A stretch of 64,000 bases of DNA from an uncultured Bacilli bacterium (GTDB lineage Bacteria > Bacillota_I > Bacilli_A > RF39 > UBA660). A program made the translations under genes and the position numbers. The notes under the pieces are model-generated. The model saw only the letters and a program-made list of their open reading frames with translations. It did not search any database and was not told the origin of the DNA. Positions 51,477 through 62,034 of this stretch are shown in pieces. The DNA lies in assembly GCA_949841325.1 (NCBI GenBank), contig CATKZK010000001.1, positions 4,733-68,732 of the forward strand, read 5' to 3'. How positions within the stretch are numbered: position 1 is the first letter of the stretch; every line of letters begins with the position of its first letter.

Positions 51477-52649
51477 ATGACAGATATTGAAATAAAGCCA
51501 CCAGTATTACAAAAACAAGAAACAGAAGTTACGATAACTGCTCCTGTATTTAGTGAAGAAGATGAAAAGGAAATCACAGAATTAGCAAGTCTTATTGATT
51601 TTAATGACAGTACATCTGTTTTAGAATATGGTGTTGATTTTATGCAAACTTTTGGAAAATTTTCTAATGAGGCATTAAAGAAACATCGTTCAAAAGACTT
51701 GGGAGATATTGAAAAGGAACTTTTAGAGTTTTCAACTTCATTAGTCGTAAATGAAGAGGAAGACTTATCGAAAAATATCATTATTCGTCTCTTTCAAAAG
51801 GGGAAACAAAAAGGGAAAGAGTCGGCTACAAAAGTTGCATTGTCACAAATTTCTATAGAAAAGCTTCTAAATCAAGCAAGCGAAAAATTCTTAGATAAAA
51901 AAGAATGGCTCCTTTCTAGTATTAGTGGGATTGATACTTTTTATGAGTATAATCTTCAATATCACAATATGATAGAAAAATATACCGAAGCAGCGAAAAG
52001 AGAGTTAGAAAAAGGAAGAAGAGAATTACCAACTATGGTTGAGAATGCAAAAATATCTGGTGACCAAATGGAAGTGCAGAGAGTGCGAGACTTTGCTGAG
52101 AGAATGAACGATTTAGAACAAAAAGTGATTAACTTTAATTCATTAAAAGTACTTTCGGAAACACTTTCATATGAGTTACGAATTGAGCAAAAGGCATTTA
52201 AAGATGTGGCTGGGGGTATTAACGAAATTATTACAACTAGTATTCCTCATTGGAAATTATATCTTCAAATGCAACTTGTGGCAGAAGAAGGAAAAGAAGC
52301 AGCAAGAATTTTAAAAGGTGCTCAAGAGTTGACGCAAACACTTGCTAAAAAGAATGCTGACACGATTCACGATTTATATATTGATGCAGTTGATATGAAA
52401 GGAAAGCCAACTTTTGAACATGAGACAGTAGAATATGTTATAGAGCGATTACAAGATGCTATTCAATATGAAATTGAAAAGACTAGAATTCGATTGGCAG
52501 ACTTAAGAGAAGGAGAGTCAAGATTAGAAACTAAGTATGAAGAATTTCAAAATGTATTGATAAACTATTCAGATGAAATGGGAAAAACGACAATTGACAG
52601 TGCTTTAGATGGCGAAAAAAAATATAAATTACCAACAAAAAAAGTGTAA
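51477..52649 (+). CDS. TelA-like (toxic anion resistance / YaaN family) coiled-coil protein
   Basis: size (390 aa), N-terminal region (DFNDSTSVLEYGVDFMQTFGKFSNEAL) and all-helical character resemble the TelA/KlaA family; assignment from memory, not verified. Confidence 0.45.
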   Translation: MTDIEIKPPVLQKQETEVTITAPVFSEEDEKEITELASLIDFNDSTSVLEYGVDFMQTFGKFSNEALKKHRSKDLGDIEKELLEFSTSLVVNEEEDLSKNIIIRLFQKGKQKGKESATKVALSQISIEKLLNQASEKFLDKKEWLLSSISGIDTFYEYNLQYHNMIEKYTEAAKRELEKGRRELPTMVENAKISGDQMEVQRVRDFAERMNDLEQKVINFNSLKVLSETLSYELRIEQKAFKDVAGGINEIITTSIPHWKLYLQMQLVAEEGKEAARILKGAQELTQTLAKKNADTIHDLYIDAVDMKGKPTFEHETVEYVIERLQDAIQYEIEKTRIRLADLREGESRLETKYEEFQNVLINYSDEMGKTTIDSALDGEKKYKLPTKKV

Positions 52650-52703
52650 AGAATATTCTGCACTTTTTTTGTGTGGTATAATGTAAAAAAGGATTGATGA
52701 ATA

Positions 52704-53897
52704 ATGGAATTGAATTTTGACGAACAAGAGATGTTAAAATATTTCCTTTTAAGATGTATCCCCGATTTTTATGATGAAAAATATGCAATGAGTTTCTTAA
52801 AATTTGCTTTTAAAGAAGAAGACTTTGAAAAGATTATGCTTTATTTAACGAAGTTAAAAGAAGAACGTAAAGCGATATTTCTAAATTTGAAAACAGAGGT
52901 TTCCAATCGTACCATTATGGTATCTGAATTTGACCAGATATATGATTTTATCCAAGAGTTACAAAAAGAGGCAGAGACACCGCGTGATGAAGATATCTAT
53001 ATTTTCATTCCAGATTATCATAAATTTTTTTCTCTTCTGCACAAGATGATGATGGCGTTTGATACCAAGTCGCGAAATTACGAATTTAATGCAGCAGACT
53101 TATTACATAGTGTGTGGCTTCGGATGGGATCAAAGGATATAGAAGATGTCTTTTCCTTTTTAAGAAAACAAATTGCTTTTATTAAAAATGATGATAAGCT
53201 AAGTTTTGAAGATACTTTCATTGGAAAAATGGGAGAACTTGAAGTGTCTTGTGAAAATGCTGCAAATGACAATTTCTTTGAAACAAATCGTCATTTAGCA
53301 ATACGCTTAAATGTTTCTTCATTATATAGTTGGTATAGTCTTCCTGTTATTCACTATGGATTCGCGATGGAAGATGAGCCTACTTGTTATATTTATGGTC
53401 TACAATCATTAGATAAATATCATTGTGATCAGAGAGTAGGCGAGTACATAAAGCCATATAAGCGAAAACTTCGAAATAAATATGTTTCAGCTGATTTTAT
53501 TTTAGCTTTAAAAATCGCGATTGATTTTTTGCGAAAGAAGGGCTTTACGCGTATTAAAGTTCCGCTGTTACAAGTTTACAATTATGCCTATCATCAAAAC
53601 TTAGGAGCGCTTACAAAAAAAAGAATGGACGCTTATTCTCCTGAAATGGTAGAACGTATAGAAAATATGGAAGTATCAGAATATATTATAGAAAAATATG
53701 AACGTGATAAAGAACAGTATAATAGATTCTTCCATAAAGAAGATCTCATCAGTGAAAATAAAACAGAAAGACTCTTGCAAATATTTTCTTGTGTAGCTCT
53801 ATTTTATGGTGATATTGAACTAATAAGTGACCCTTTTATAGAAGATGATATCCTTATCTATAGAGTTAAGCAAAAAGAAGTGGATAAAACGTTATAG
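52704..53897 (+). CDS. hypothetical protein
   Basis: 397-aa ORF. Confidence 0.45.
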   Translation: MELNFDEQEMLKYFLLRCIPDFYDEKYAMSFLKFAFKEEDFEKIMLYLTKLKEERKAIFLNLKTEVSNRTIMVSEFDQIYDFIQELQKEAETPRDEDIYIFIPDYHKFFSLLHKMMMAFDTKSRNYEFNAADLLHSVWLRMGSKDIEDVFSFLRKQIAFIKNDDKLSFEDTFIGKMGELEVSCENAANDNFFETNRHLAIRLNVSSLYSWYSLPVIHYGFAMEDEPTCYIYGLQSLDKYHCDQRVGEYIKPYKRKLRNKYVSADFILALKIAIDFLRKKGFTRIKVPLLQVYNYAYHQNLGALTKKRMDAYSPEMVERIENMEVSEYIIEKYERDKEQYNRFFHKEDLISENKTERLLQIFSCVALFYGDIELISDPFIEDDILIYRVKQKEVDKTL

Positions 53898-53986
53898 AAA
53901 ATCCCTTCTTTTTTTGTTAAAGATTTTACTGCAATTTACTCTTATTTTTGATATAATAAACAAATAAAGAAAGAAAGTGATTTATT

Positions 53987-54424
53987 ATGAAAGTAATTTT
54001 GCTAACAGATGTAAAAAAACAAGGAAAAAAAGATCAAGTCATCGATGTTTCAGATGGCTATGCAAATAACTTTTTAATTAATAAAGGTCTTGCAGTTCCC
54101 TATAATGAACAAAATAGAAAAAAGTTAGAACATGACCTTAAAACACGAGAGGAAGAAGAAGACGCTCTTATAAAAGAATGCGAAGAGAAGAAGAAAAAAA
54201 TAGAAAAAGAAACAATTAAATTTAAAGTAAAAACAAGCAAAGATGGCAGAATGTTTGGAACCATTTCCAATAAACAAATTGCTGAAGAATTAAAAAAATT
54301 AGGGTATGAAATAGATAAAAAAATAATAGAAAGTGATCATACGATTGATTCCCTAGGAACGCATATAGTCAAGGTGAATCTTCATAAAAAAGTCGTAGCA
54401 GAAGTAAAAGTAATCGCAGAATAA
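53987..54424 (+). CDS. rplI: 50S ribosomal protein L9
   Basis: MKVILLTDVKKQGKKDQVIDVSDGYANNFLI, typical L9. Confidence 0.9.
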   Translation: MKVILLTDVKKQGKKDQVIDVSDGYANNFLINKGLAVPYNEQNRKKLEHDLKTREEEEDALIKECEEKKKKIEKETIKFKVKTSKDGRMFGTISNKQIAEELKKLGYEIDKKIIESDHTIDSLGTHIVKVNLHKKVVAEVKVIAE

Positions 54425-54437
54425 AGGAAGTGAAAAT

Positions 54438-55793
54438 ATGCCTGAAATAAAAAGAGATGAACCAAAGAATTTAGAAGCAGAGATGAACGCTTTAGGTTGT
54501 GGCTTTTTATCAAGTGTGGCTCTTGAAAAAATTACAGAAGAGTTAACTTCAGACATGTTTTATGATAAAAAAAATGGAATAATCTTTAGTGCAATGACGG
54601 ATATTCATAAACGTCATGAGCCAATGGATTCGACCATTCTTAGAAATGAAATTGAAAAAACGACCCCGCTTAATACAATTGGGGGTTATGAATACGTGAG
54701 TGAGGTTATTGATTCAGTAGTCTCTGCTTCTAATGTAGATACTTATATTACGATTATTCGAGATAAGGCACTAAGAAGAAAGTTAATTCATGCATGTGAA
54801 AAAATAGAAACAACCGCTAGAGATGAAAGTGACGAAACTGGAAGTGTTATTGAAAGTGCAGAAAAACAAATCTTTTCCGTAACGAAGGCAAGAAAAGCGG
54901 GGGAGTTTAAATCCAGTGCAGAAGTTGTTAAATCAGCAAGAGAACAATTGGAAGCTTTGTCGAAAAATAATCAAGAGGTGACAGGAATTGCCACTGGCTT
55001 TTATGATTTTGATAAAATGACAAGCGGGCTTCATGCCAATGAACTTATTATTATTGCGGCAAGACCAGCCATGGGAAAAACGGCTTTTGTTTTAAATGTT
55101 GCTGTTAATGCTGCTTTGACAAGTGGGAAAAGTATTGCTTTGTTCAACTTAGAGATGTCAGCAGAACAACTCATGTTTCGTATGATTTCTTCACAAGGAG
55201 CGGTAGAAGGAAGTAAGTTGCGTACAGGAAAACTTACTCATGATGATTGGAAAAAGGTCAATGAAGCGATGAGTGAACTTGCAGATGCTCCTATTTATAT
55301 TGAGGATACTCCAGGAATTACAATAGGGGAGATAAGGGCAAAATGTCGTAGATTAGATTCTCAAGGAAAAGGATTAGGACTTGTTTTAATCGATTACTTA
55401 CAATTAGTAAGTGGAGGACCTGGATATGGAAATAATCGTCAACAGGAAGTATCTGATATTTCTCGTAGTTTAAAGACAATGGCTATGGAGTTGAAAGTTC
55501 CTGTCATTGCCTTGTCCCAACTTTCTCGTAATGTTGAGGCTCGTGAAAATAAACGACCAATAATGTCTGATTTACGTGAGTCTGGGTCAATCGAGCAAGA
55601 TGCCGATATTGTAGCTTTCCTATATCGTGATGATTATTACAATAAACAACCAGGAACAGAAGAGAGCAATGTTTCTGTTTCAGAACTTATTATTGGAAAA
55701 CACAGGAGTGGAGCAACAGGAACAATTGAATTATTATTTGAAAAAAATATCAGTAACTTTAGAAATTATGTAAAAAATGTTCAAGAGAATTAA
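54438..55793 (+). CDS. dnaB: replicative DNA helicase (DnaB family; DnaC in Firmicutes nomenclature)
   Basis: Walker A AARPAMGKTAF, DYLQL and RecA-like motifs; conserved position after rplI. Confidence 0.95.
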   Translation: MPEIKRDEPKNLEAEMNALGCGFLSSVALEKITEELTSDMFYDKKNGIIFSAMTDIHKRHEPMDSTILRNEIEKTTPLNTIGGYEYVSEVIDSVVSASNVDTYITIIRDKALRRKLIHACEKIETTARDESDETGSVIESAEKQIFSVTKARKAGEFKSSAEVVKSAREQLEALSKNNQEVTGIATGFYDFDKMTSGLHANELIIIAARPAMGKTAFVLNVAVNAALTSGKSIALFNLEMSAEQLMFRMISSQGAVEGSKLRTGKLTHDDWKKVNEAMSELADAPIYIEDTPGITIGEIRAKCRRLDSQGKGLGLVLIDYLQLVSGGPGYGNNRQQEVSDISRSLKTMAMELKVPVIALSQLSRNVEARENKRPIMSDLRESGSIEQDADIVAFLYRDDYYNKQPGTEESNVSVSELIIGKHRSGATGTIELLFEKNISNFRNYVKNVQEN

Positions 55794-55802
55794 GGTGATT
55801 AT

Positions 55803-57317
55803 ATGAAAAGTAAAATAATAGGATTTTTTATAACAGTACTATTAGCAGCTGTTATGTTCTTTGTAGGAACAGATAAGCGAATGGCAGGAACGCCAGTAGA
55901 AGGGTACCAAGTATATTTAAATGGAAATAAAATTGGTCTCATCCAATCGAAAAATGAATTATATAAACTTATTGATACAGAACAAAAAGAAATTAAAGAG
56001 GAATACGATGCTGATACAGTATATCCACCAAATGGTTTAGATATCGAAAAAGTATATACCTATAATAATGAAATGGTCTCAGCAGAATCGATTTATAATG
56101 AGATTAAAGACATTGAACCATTTACGATTGAAGGATATACAGCAACCATTAAGTATACAGAAAAGCAGATTATGAACGACGGAGATGTGATTGAACCAGG
56201 GCCACCTGTAAGTGTATATCTTAAAGAAAAAGATATTATGAAAGAGGCCTTATATAAAGTAGCTTCTGCTTTTATAGGAAAAGAAAATTTAAAAGATTAT
56301 GAAAATAAGACCCAAGTAGAGATTACAGATGTTGGTGAGCGAATTAATTCTGTTTATTTTGAAGAGACCATTACTGTAAAAAAAGATTTAGTTTCTACAG
56401 AAGAATTTATTTTCCAAGACGCAGATACTCTTTCTCGTTACTTATTATTTGGTACATTAGAAAAACAAAAAAGCTATATCACCAAAGAGGGAGAAGATTT
56501 GGAAAAAATCGCGGATGCCAATAGCTTAAATATAGAAGAACTTTTAATTGCCAATCCTCAATATCCATCAGGAAGTGTTTTGTTAAGTGCAGGGGAGGAA
56601 ATTAATGTTGGATTGATTAAACCACTTGTACGTGTTGTTTATCGTACAACGGTTATTAAAGATGAAAGTGTGCCATATAAGAGCAAGACAGTAAAAGATA
56701 GTTCTAAATATATGAGTTATCGAGAAGTGACGCAAGAAGGAAAAAATGGAATTTCAAGATTGACGCAGGAAATTAAATTTATTAATGGTGAAATTCAATC
56801 TCTAGATATCTCAAATGCTGAGGAGTTAGTTGCTCCAGTTGATGAAATTATCACAAGAGGATCTAAAAAAGAACAATCTTACTGGGGTACATATGAAAAT
56901 ACAGGAAATGAAACTTGGAGTTGGCCAACCTTGACACCTTTTTATATTACTTCACGTTATAAATGGCGTTGGGGAAGACAGCATCAGGGAATCGATATTG
57001 CCATTTCTAATGGGCATGGGTCTCCTATCTATGCTGTTAAAAGTGGTGTTGTAACTAAAGTAAATTATGATAAAAATAAAAACGAAGGATTGTCTGTAAC
57101 TATTAATCATCGTGATGGATGGTATACAATTTACATGCATCTATCAAAGATTAATGTCAAAGAAGGTCAAGAAGTCTCTAAGGAACAAAAGATTGGTGGA
57201 ATGGGATGTACAGGATCATGTACAGGAACTCACTTGCATTTAGGAGTTTACAAGGGAGAACCTTATCGTGGTGGACAAGTTGTAGATCCATGTAATAAGG
57301 AAGTATACGGATGTTAG
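55803..57317 (+). CDS. membrane-anchored M23 family metallopeptidase
   Basis: N-terminal TM; C-terminal M23 motifs (HQGIDIA...; GCTGSCTGTHLHLGV). Confidence 0.8.
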   Translation: MKSKIIGFFITVLLAAVMFFVGTDKRMAGTPVEGYQVYLNGNKIGLIQSKNELYKLIDTEQKEIKEEYDADTVYPPNGLDIEKVYTYNNEMVSAESIYNEIKDIEPFTIEGYTATIKYTEKQIMNDGDVIEPGPPVSVYLKEKDIMKEALYKVASAFIGKENLKDYENKTQVEITDVGERINSVYFEETITVKKDLVSTEEFIFQDADTLSRYLLFGTLEKQKSYITKEGEDLEKIADANSLNIEELLIANPQYPSGSVLLSAGEEINVGLIKPLVRVVYRTTVIKDESVPYKSKTVKDSSKYMSYREVTQEGKNGISRLTQEIKFINGEIQSLDISNAEELVAPVDEIITRGSKKEQSYWGTYENTGNETWSWPTLTPFYITSRYKWRWGRQHQGIDIAISNGHGSPIYAVKSGVVTKVNYDKNKNEGLSVTINHRDGWYTIYMHLSKINVKEGQEVSKEQKIGGMGCTGSCTGTHLHLGVYKGEPYRGGQVVDPCNKEVYGC

Positions 57318-58075
57318 TTTCTGTTTTGGCAAGTGGATCAGAGGGAAATTGTACACTGATTCAGACAAAGTATAAAAAAATATTAATTGATTTAGGAATG
57401 AATAACAAATATATTGTAAGTCAATTATCTGAACTTAATATATTACCAAGTCAAATAGATTGTGTGTTAATTACTCATACACATTCTGATCACACGGGTG
57501 CCATGAAAACTTTTTTCAAGAAGAATACGCCGATGATATGTTTAGATCCAAAGATGATGAGTGAACTTGATTTTCTTGAAAATTATTCATTCCTTTGTTT
57601 TGATGAAACTCCCATCTATTTGGGAGATGCTGTTATTGAAAGTTTTAAAACAAGTCATGATGCTCCAGGGAGTCGTGGGTATATTATAAGAGAGGGAGAA
57701 TCCTCTTTTGTATATGTAACAGATACAGGATATATTAACTATAAACTTTTTGATAAACTTTCTAATCACTCCCTTTATGTATTTGAAAGCAATCATGATA
57801 TAGAACTTTTAATGCATGGAAAATATCCCGCTTGGTTAAGATCTCGTATCTCAAGTGACGTTGGACACTTATCAAATGGGCAAGCAGGGTTTTATTTAAG
57901 TAGATTGATTGGTCCCAAAACAAAAGAAGTCGTTCTTGCCCATCTTTCAAAAGAAAATAATGATCCTGATATTGCCTTAGAAACTGTTAAAGAGAGTTTA
58001 AAAGAAAATCATGTGGATTTTCATAATATTGTCATTGCTAAGCAAAGAGAAAGAACGGATTGTGTAGAGATATGA
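57311..58075 (+). CDS. walJ: MBL-fold metallo-hydrolase (WalJ/YycJ-like)
   Basis: HTHSDHTG metallo-beta-lactamase motif, 254 aa. Confidence 0.75.
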   Translation: MLVSVLASGSEGNCTLIQTKYKKILIDLGMNNKYIVSQLSELNILPSQIDCVLITHTHSDHTGAMKTFFKKNTPMICLDPKMMSELDFLENYSFLCFDETPIYLGDAVIESFKTSHDAPGSRGYIIREGESSFVYVTDTGYINYKLFDKLSNHSLYVFESNHDIELLMHGKYPAWLRSRISSDVGHLSNGQAGFYLSRLIGPKTKEVVLAHLSKENNDPDIALETVKESLKENHVDFHNIVIAKQRERTDCVEI

Positions 58076-58506
58076 TTACAATACTATGTGTGGGAAAGAT
58101 TAAAGAATCATATTTATGTGAAATGGTAAATGATTATTCTAAAAGAATAAAAAAATACCACAAATTGGAAATAATTGAATTAAAAGATAGTCACAAGAAG
58201 GAAGAGGGAGTATTGCTTCTAAAACATATACAAAAGCATTCATTTGTTGTAACATTGGAACTTGATGGGGAACAATTAAGTTCACCCGAGTTTGCCAAAC
58301 AGATGGATGAGTGGCTGATGCATTATGCGAATATAACATTCATTATTGGAGCCTCAGAAGGCTTAGACGAAATCGTGAGCAATCGTGCCAATAAGAAGAT
58401 TTCTTTTGGAAAAAACACTTTTCCACATGGATTATTTCGTGGGATTTTACTAGAACAAATTTATCGTGGATTTAAAATTAACAATAATGAAACTTATCAT
58501 AAGTAA
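58072..58506 (+). CDS. rlmH: 23S rRNA (pseudouridine1915-N3)-methyltransferase RlmH
   Basis: SPOUT family; MITILCVGKIKE start and size typical of RlmH/YbeA. Confidence 0.8.
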   Translation: MITILCVGKIKESYLCEMVNDYSKRIKKYHKLEIIELKDSHKKEEGVLLLKHIQKHSFVVTLELDGEQLSSPEFAKQMDEWLMHYANITFIIGASEGLDEIVSNRANKKISFGKNTFPHGLFRGILLEQIYRGFKINNNETYHK

Positions 58507-58520
58507 AGGAAGTGTAATAA

Positions 58521-59189
58521 ATGATAGGAAATGACTGGGATACTGTTTTGTCCGTTATTTGGGATAGTGATGGATTTAAAAAGTTTATGGAGAAAATTGA
58601 TTCAGAATATAAAACAAAAACGATTTATCCAACAAAAGAAAACATTTTTAATGCTTTGAAATTAACTCCTTTTAAAGATGTAAAAGTAGTCATCATGGGA
58701 CAAGATCCTTATCATGGCGAGGGAGAAGCTCATGGACTTTCATTTTCTGTTCAAGAGGGAATCAAGTTACCACCAAGCTTACAAAATATTTATAAAGAAT
58801 TAGAAAGCGATTTGGGAATTCCACCATCTTCTAAAGGAGATTTAACAAAATGGACAAAAGAAGGAGTTTTGCTTCTAAACAGTACGCTTACTGTCGTAAA
58901 GGACACGCCAAACTCTCATAAAGATTTGGGGTGGGCTCTTTTTACTGATTATATTATTAAAGTATTGAATGCACGAGAAGAACCCGTTGTCTTTATCCTT
59001 TGGGGAAATTTTGCGAAATCTAAAAAGGCTTTTATCACAAATCCGAATCACTATATCATTGAAAGTGCGCACCCCTCTCCTTTCAGCGCTCGTTATGGAT
59101 TTTTTGGTAGTAAACCATTTTCTAAATGCAATGAATTCTTAAAAAGCAAAGGAATAACGGAAATTGATTGGAACTTAGATAAAGAATAA
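58521..59189 (+). CDS. ung: uracil-DNA glycosylase (family 1)
   Basis: VVIMGQDPYHGEGEAHGLSFSV and HPSPFSA motifs. Confidence 0.9.
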   Translation: MIGNDWDTVLSVIWDSDGFKKFMEKIDSEYKTKTIYPTKENIFNALKLTPFKDVKVVIMGQDPYHGEGEAHGLSFSVQEGIKLPPSLQNIYKELESDLGIPPSSKGDLTKWTKEGVLLLNSTLTVVKDTPNSHKDLGWALFTDYIIKVLNAREEPVVFILWGNFAKSKKAFITNPNHYIIESAHPSPFSARYGFFGSKPFSKCNEFLKSKGITEIDWNLDKE

Positions 59190-59401
59190 AGTTTTTTATG
59201 AAATAACTCATCAAAAAGAATAGAAAATGTTGTTTTTTTCAACATGCTCGCATATAATATTAAATGGATTTGCGCGTTGGGGTGATTTGTTGTATTAAAA
59301 TTTTGTTACAAATGATATGTCTATTAGAGTGTAAAGGTGCGCTTTTCTTTACATAGAAAGTGCCAAACTGTTGTAAAATAAAAACAGTAGAGGTGAATGC
59401 T

Positions 59402-59827
59402 ATGAAAGAGAAGATTAATAGTTATCAAAGTGAATTAGATAAAATTCAGACAGTTTTAGATAAGCTAGTAACTAAACAAAATTCAAGTGTATGTGATAAA
59501 CTTTGTGTTATGACAAATTCCCTCTTTGAAAGAATCATTGACTATAAAGAAGTGGAGTTAACAAATGAGATACGTAGTGGCTTAATAGAGCTATTAAAAA
59601 GACTCCGCGAAATTTGTGTACAACTTAAGCATTATCAAGATTATTTGATTGTAACAATAAATGATAATATCGAAAATCTTCAAAATAAAGAAGCCATTCA
59701 AAATGAACCTACGGGACAACAAACGCAAAACATGTCAAGGCAATTGCAATACACGAGTACTCCTCGCGCTTCAGTAATGCCAATAAATACAAACTTAAAA
59801 GAAAATCAAGAAAAAAATGCCGCATAG
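59402..59827 (+). CDS. hypothetical coiled-coil protein
   Basis: ORF with GAGGTG RBS; lies upstream of the Abi gene. Confidence 0.4.
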   Translation: MKEKINSYQSELDKIQTVLDKLVTKQNSSVCDKLCVMTNSLFERIIDYKEVELTNEIRSGLIELLKRLREICVQLKHYQDYLIVTINDNIENLQNKEAIQNEPTGQQTQNMSRQLQYTSTPRASVMPINTNLKENQEKNAA

Positions 59828-59906
59828 GTGTTTTTTTCATATATTCTTCACAAACTTTTTATATATTTTTACCGGGAGATGTGATAGAATTTAATAAGGT
59901 GAGACT

Positions 59907-60839
59907 ATGGGAAAGAAGATTTTTAAGACCCTAGATGAACAGATAGAAATCTTAAAAGAAAAAGGACTCATTATAGACGATATTCAATATACGAAAGAAG
60001 TCATTCTTCGTGAAAATTACTTTTTCTTAATGGGATATAGGCATTTGTTTATGCAAAGTGATCATGCGAAATGTTTTTTGCCAAATACAAAATTTCGTGA
60101 ACTGTATTCGCTTTTTTACTTCGATAGGCAGCTTCGAAATATTCTTTTTAAAAATATTTTAATTATCGAAAATAATGCAAAGAGTATCTTCTCTTATGCT
60201 TTATCTCAAAAATATGGATTTCGCGAAGTTGATTACTTAAAACCAAGTAATTTTAATCAACATCCAGAAAAGGTAAGACAAGTTAATGACTTGCTTAGAA
60301 AAATGAAAAGACAAATTCGCGTGAATGGTGCTCAGCATGAAGCGACAAAACACTATATGAATAATTATGGCTACATCCCTCTGTGGATTGTCGTAAAAGT
60401 GTTATCTTTTGGAATTACTAGTGAGCTTTATACTATTTTAAAAGAAACTGATCAAAAGGAAATTGCTAATTACTATCAAGTTTCTTCTGATGAATTACTT
60501 GTCTTTTTACCAATACTCTCGAATTATCGAAATCTCTGTGCTCATGAAGATATTCTATTTGAACATCAAACACAGAAAAAGATTCCTGATAATGTATATC
60601 ATGAGGCATTGAATATTCCACTTATAAATGGGGAATATATTTATGGAAAGGGAGATGTGTTTTCGGTTGTATTAATTTTTAAGTATCTTTTATCAAAAGA
60701 TGATTTCCGTTTGTTTATGAATGAAATATCGTATGAGATAGATCGCTTAAGTGGACGCTTGGAAGTCATTTCGATAGATAAAGTCTTGGATAGAATGGGG
60801 TTTCCTAAAAATTATAAAACAATATTAGAAATGGATTAG
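59907..60839 (+). CDS. Abi_2 (AbiD/AbiF-like) abortive-infection phage-resistance protein
   Basis: N-terminus LDEQIEILKEKGLIIDD...LRENYFFLMGYRHLF and a 310-aa length typical of the Abi_2 family. Confidence 0.7.
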   Translation: MGKKIFKTLDEQIEILKEKGLIIDDIQYTKEVILRENYFFLMGYRHLFMQSDHAKCFLPNTKFRELYSLFYFDRQLRNILFKNILIIENNAKSIFSYALSQKYGFREVDYLKPSNFNQHPEKVRQVNDLLRKMKRQIRVNGAQHEATKHYMNNYGYIPLWIVVKVLSFGITSELYTILKETDQKEIANYYQVSSDELLVFLPILSNYRNLCAHEDILFEHQTQKKIPDNVYHEALNIPLINGEYIYGKGDVFSVVLIFKYLLSKDDFRLFMNEISYEIDRLSGRLEVISIDKVLDRMGFPKNYKTILEMD

Positions 60840-61979
60840 GTGAGAACTATGGAAAACAAGAAAAATAACAAAAGTATACAAGTATTGATTATTTTACTCG
60901 TCATTGTATTAGTGGCAGTAGTAGCAATTGATTTAATTGCAAATTATGTTCCTTTAAAAGAGATTTTCTCAAACACTGTGAATTATACGTCTTCAAAAGA
61001 AGTCACTGTAACAGATAAAGGAATAGCTGACGCTGTTGATAAGCTATATAATGCAACCGTTATTGTAAAAATTGAGGCGAATGGAAAAACGACAGGATGG
61101 GGAAGTGGTGTTGTCTATAAAAAGGATAAAAAATATGGATATATTTTAACCAATCACCATGTAGTGGAAAAAGCAAACAGTATTAAAATTGGATTCCCTG
61201 ATGAAAGTGAAGTAGATGGAGAAGTTATTGGAAGTGATGAATATGCAGATGTTGCATTAGTTCGTATTCCTGTCAATTCAGTTTTAGAAGTCGCTGAAAT
61301 TGGAAAAAGTGAAGATGTTCGTGCAGGAGATACTGTATTTGCTATCGGAACACCAGTAGGCCTTGAATATTCTTTTACCGTAACGCGAGGAATTTTAAGT
61401 GGTAAAAATAGAATGGTAGAAATGTCAAGTAGCTCAGGAAATAACTTCTTCAATCAAACGTCTGATTCATGGGTAATGAAACTTTTACAAATTGATGCTT
61501 CAATCAATCAAGGAAATAGTGGTGGTCCTTTAGCGAATTCAAATGGGGAAGTTATTGGTATAACTAATAGTAAACTTTCAAGTTCTTATTCTTCAGCAAG
61601 TATTGAAAACATGGGATTTGCTATTCCTATAGAAGATGCTGTTAGTGTGGCTGAGAAAATATCTGAAAATAATGGTAAAGTAAAATATCCTGTATTAGGT
61701 GTTAAAACATATACAGTAGAAGGTGCTAAGTATAATAAATTGCCAATTGATGATGATGTAACGTATGGGGCAGTTATTGCTGAAGTCATCAGTGGTTCAG
61801 CTGCAGCTAAGGGTGGACTTAAAGAAAATGATGTAATCATTAGTATTGAAGATAAAAAAGTGGAAAATACGCTTTATTTAAAATACTATTTAAATCGCTA
61901 TAGTGTTGGTGATAAAGTCACTTTAACAGTCATTCGTGATGGAAAAGAGAAAAAAATAAGTGTAACCTTAAAAGATTAG
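60840..61979 (+). CDS. htrA: HtrA/DegP-family serine protease with PDZ domain
   Basis: N-terminal TM; trypsin-fold triad region (TNHHVV...; GNSGGPL); C-terminal PDZ domain. Confidence 0.9.
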   Translation: MRTMENKKNNKSIQVLIILLVIVLVAVVAIDLIANYVPLKEIFSNTVNYTSSKEVTVTDKGIADAVDKLYNATVIVKIEANGKTTGWGSGVVYKKDKKYGYILTNHHVVEKANSIKIGFPDESEVDGEVIGSDEYADVALVRIPVNSVLEVAEIGKSEDVRAGDTVFAIGTPVGLEYSFTVTRGILSGKNRMVEMSSSSGNNFFNQTSDSWVMKLLQIDASINQGNSGGPLANSNGEVIGITNSKLSSSYSSASIENMGFAIPIEDAVSVAEKISENNGKVKYPVLGVKTYTVEGAKYNKLPIDDDVTYGAVIAEVISGSAAAKGGLKENDVIISIEDKKVENTLYLKYYLNRYSVGDKVTLTVIRDGKEKKISVTLKD

Positions 61980-62001
61980 TTTAAAACTAATTCTTTTTTT
62001 G
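61976..62001 (+). terminator. rho-independent terminator after htrA
   Basis: ATTAGTTT-AAACTAAT palindrome followed by TCTTTTTTT. Confidence 0.5.
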
Positions 62002-62034
62002 TTATAATAACAAATAAGAAAGAGGGAACTAGGG

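Noticed and set aside
51356-51781. Minus-strand 141-aa ORF overlapping the start of the TelA-like gene
   Set aside because: It is a low-complexity S/F-rich translation antisense to a better-supported gene.
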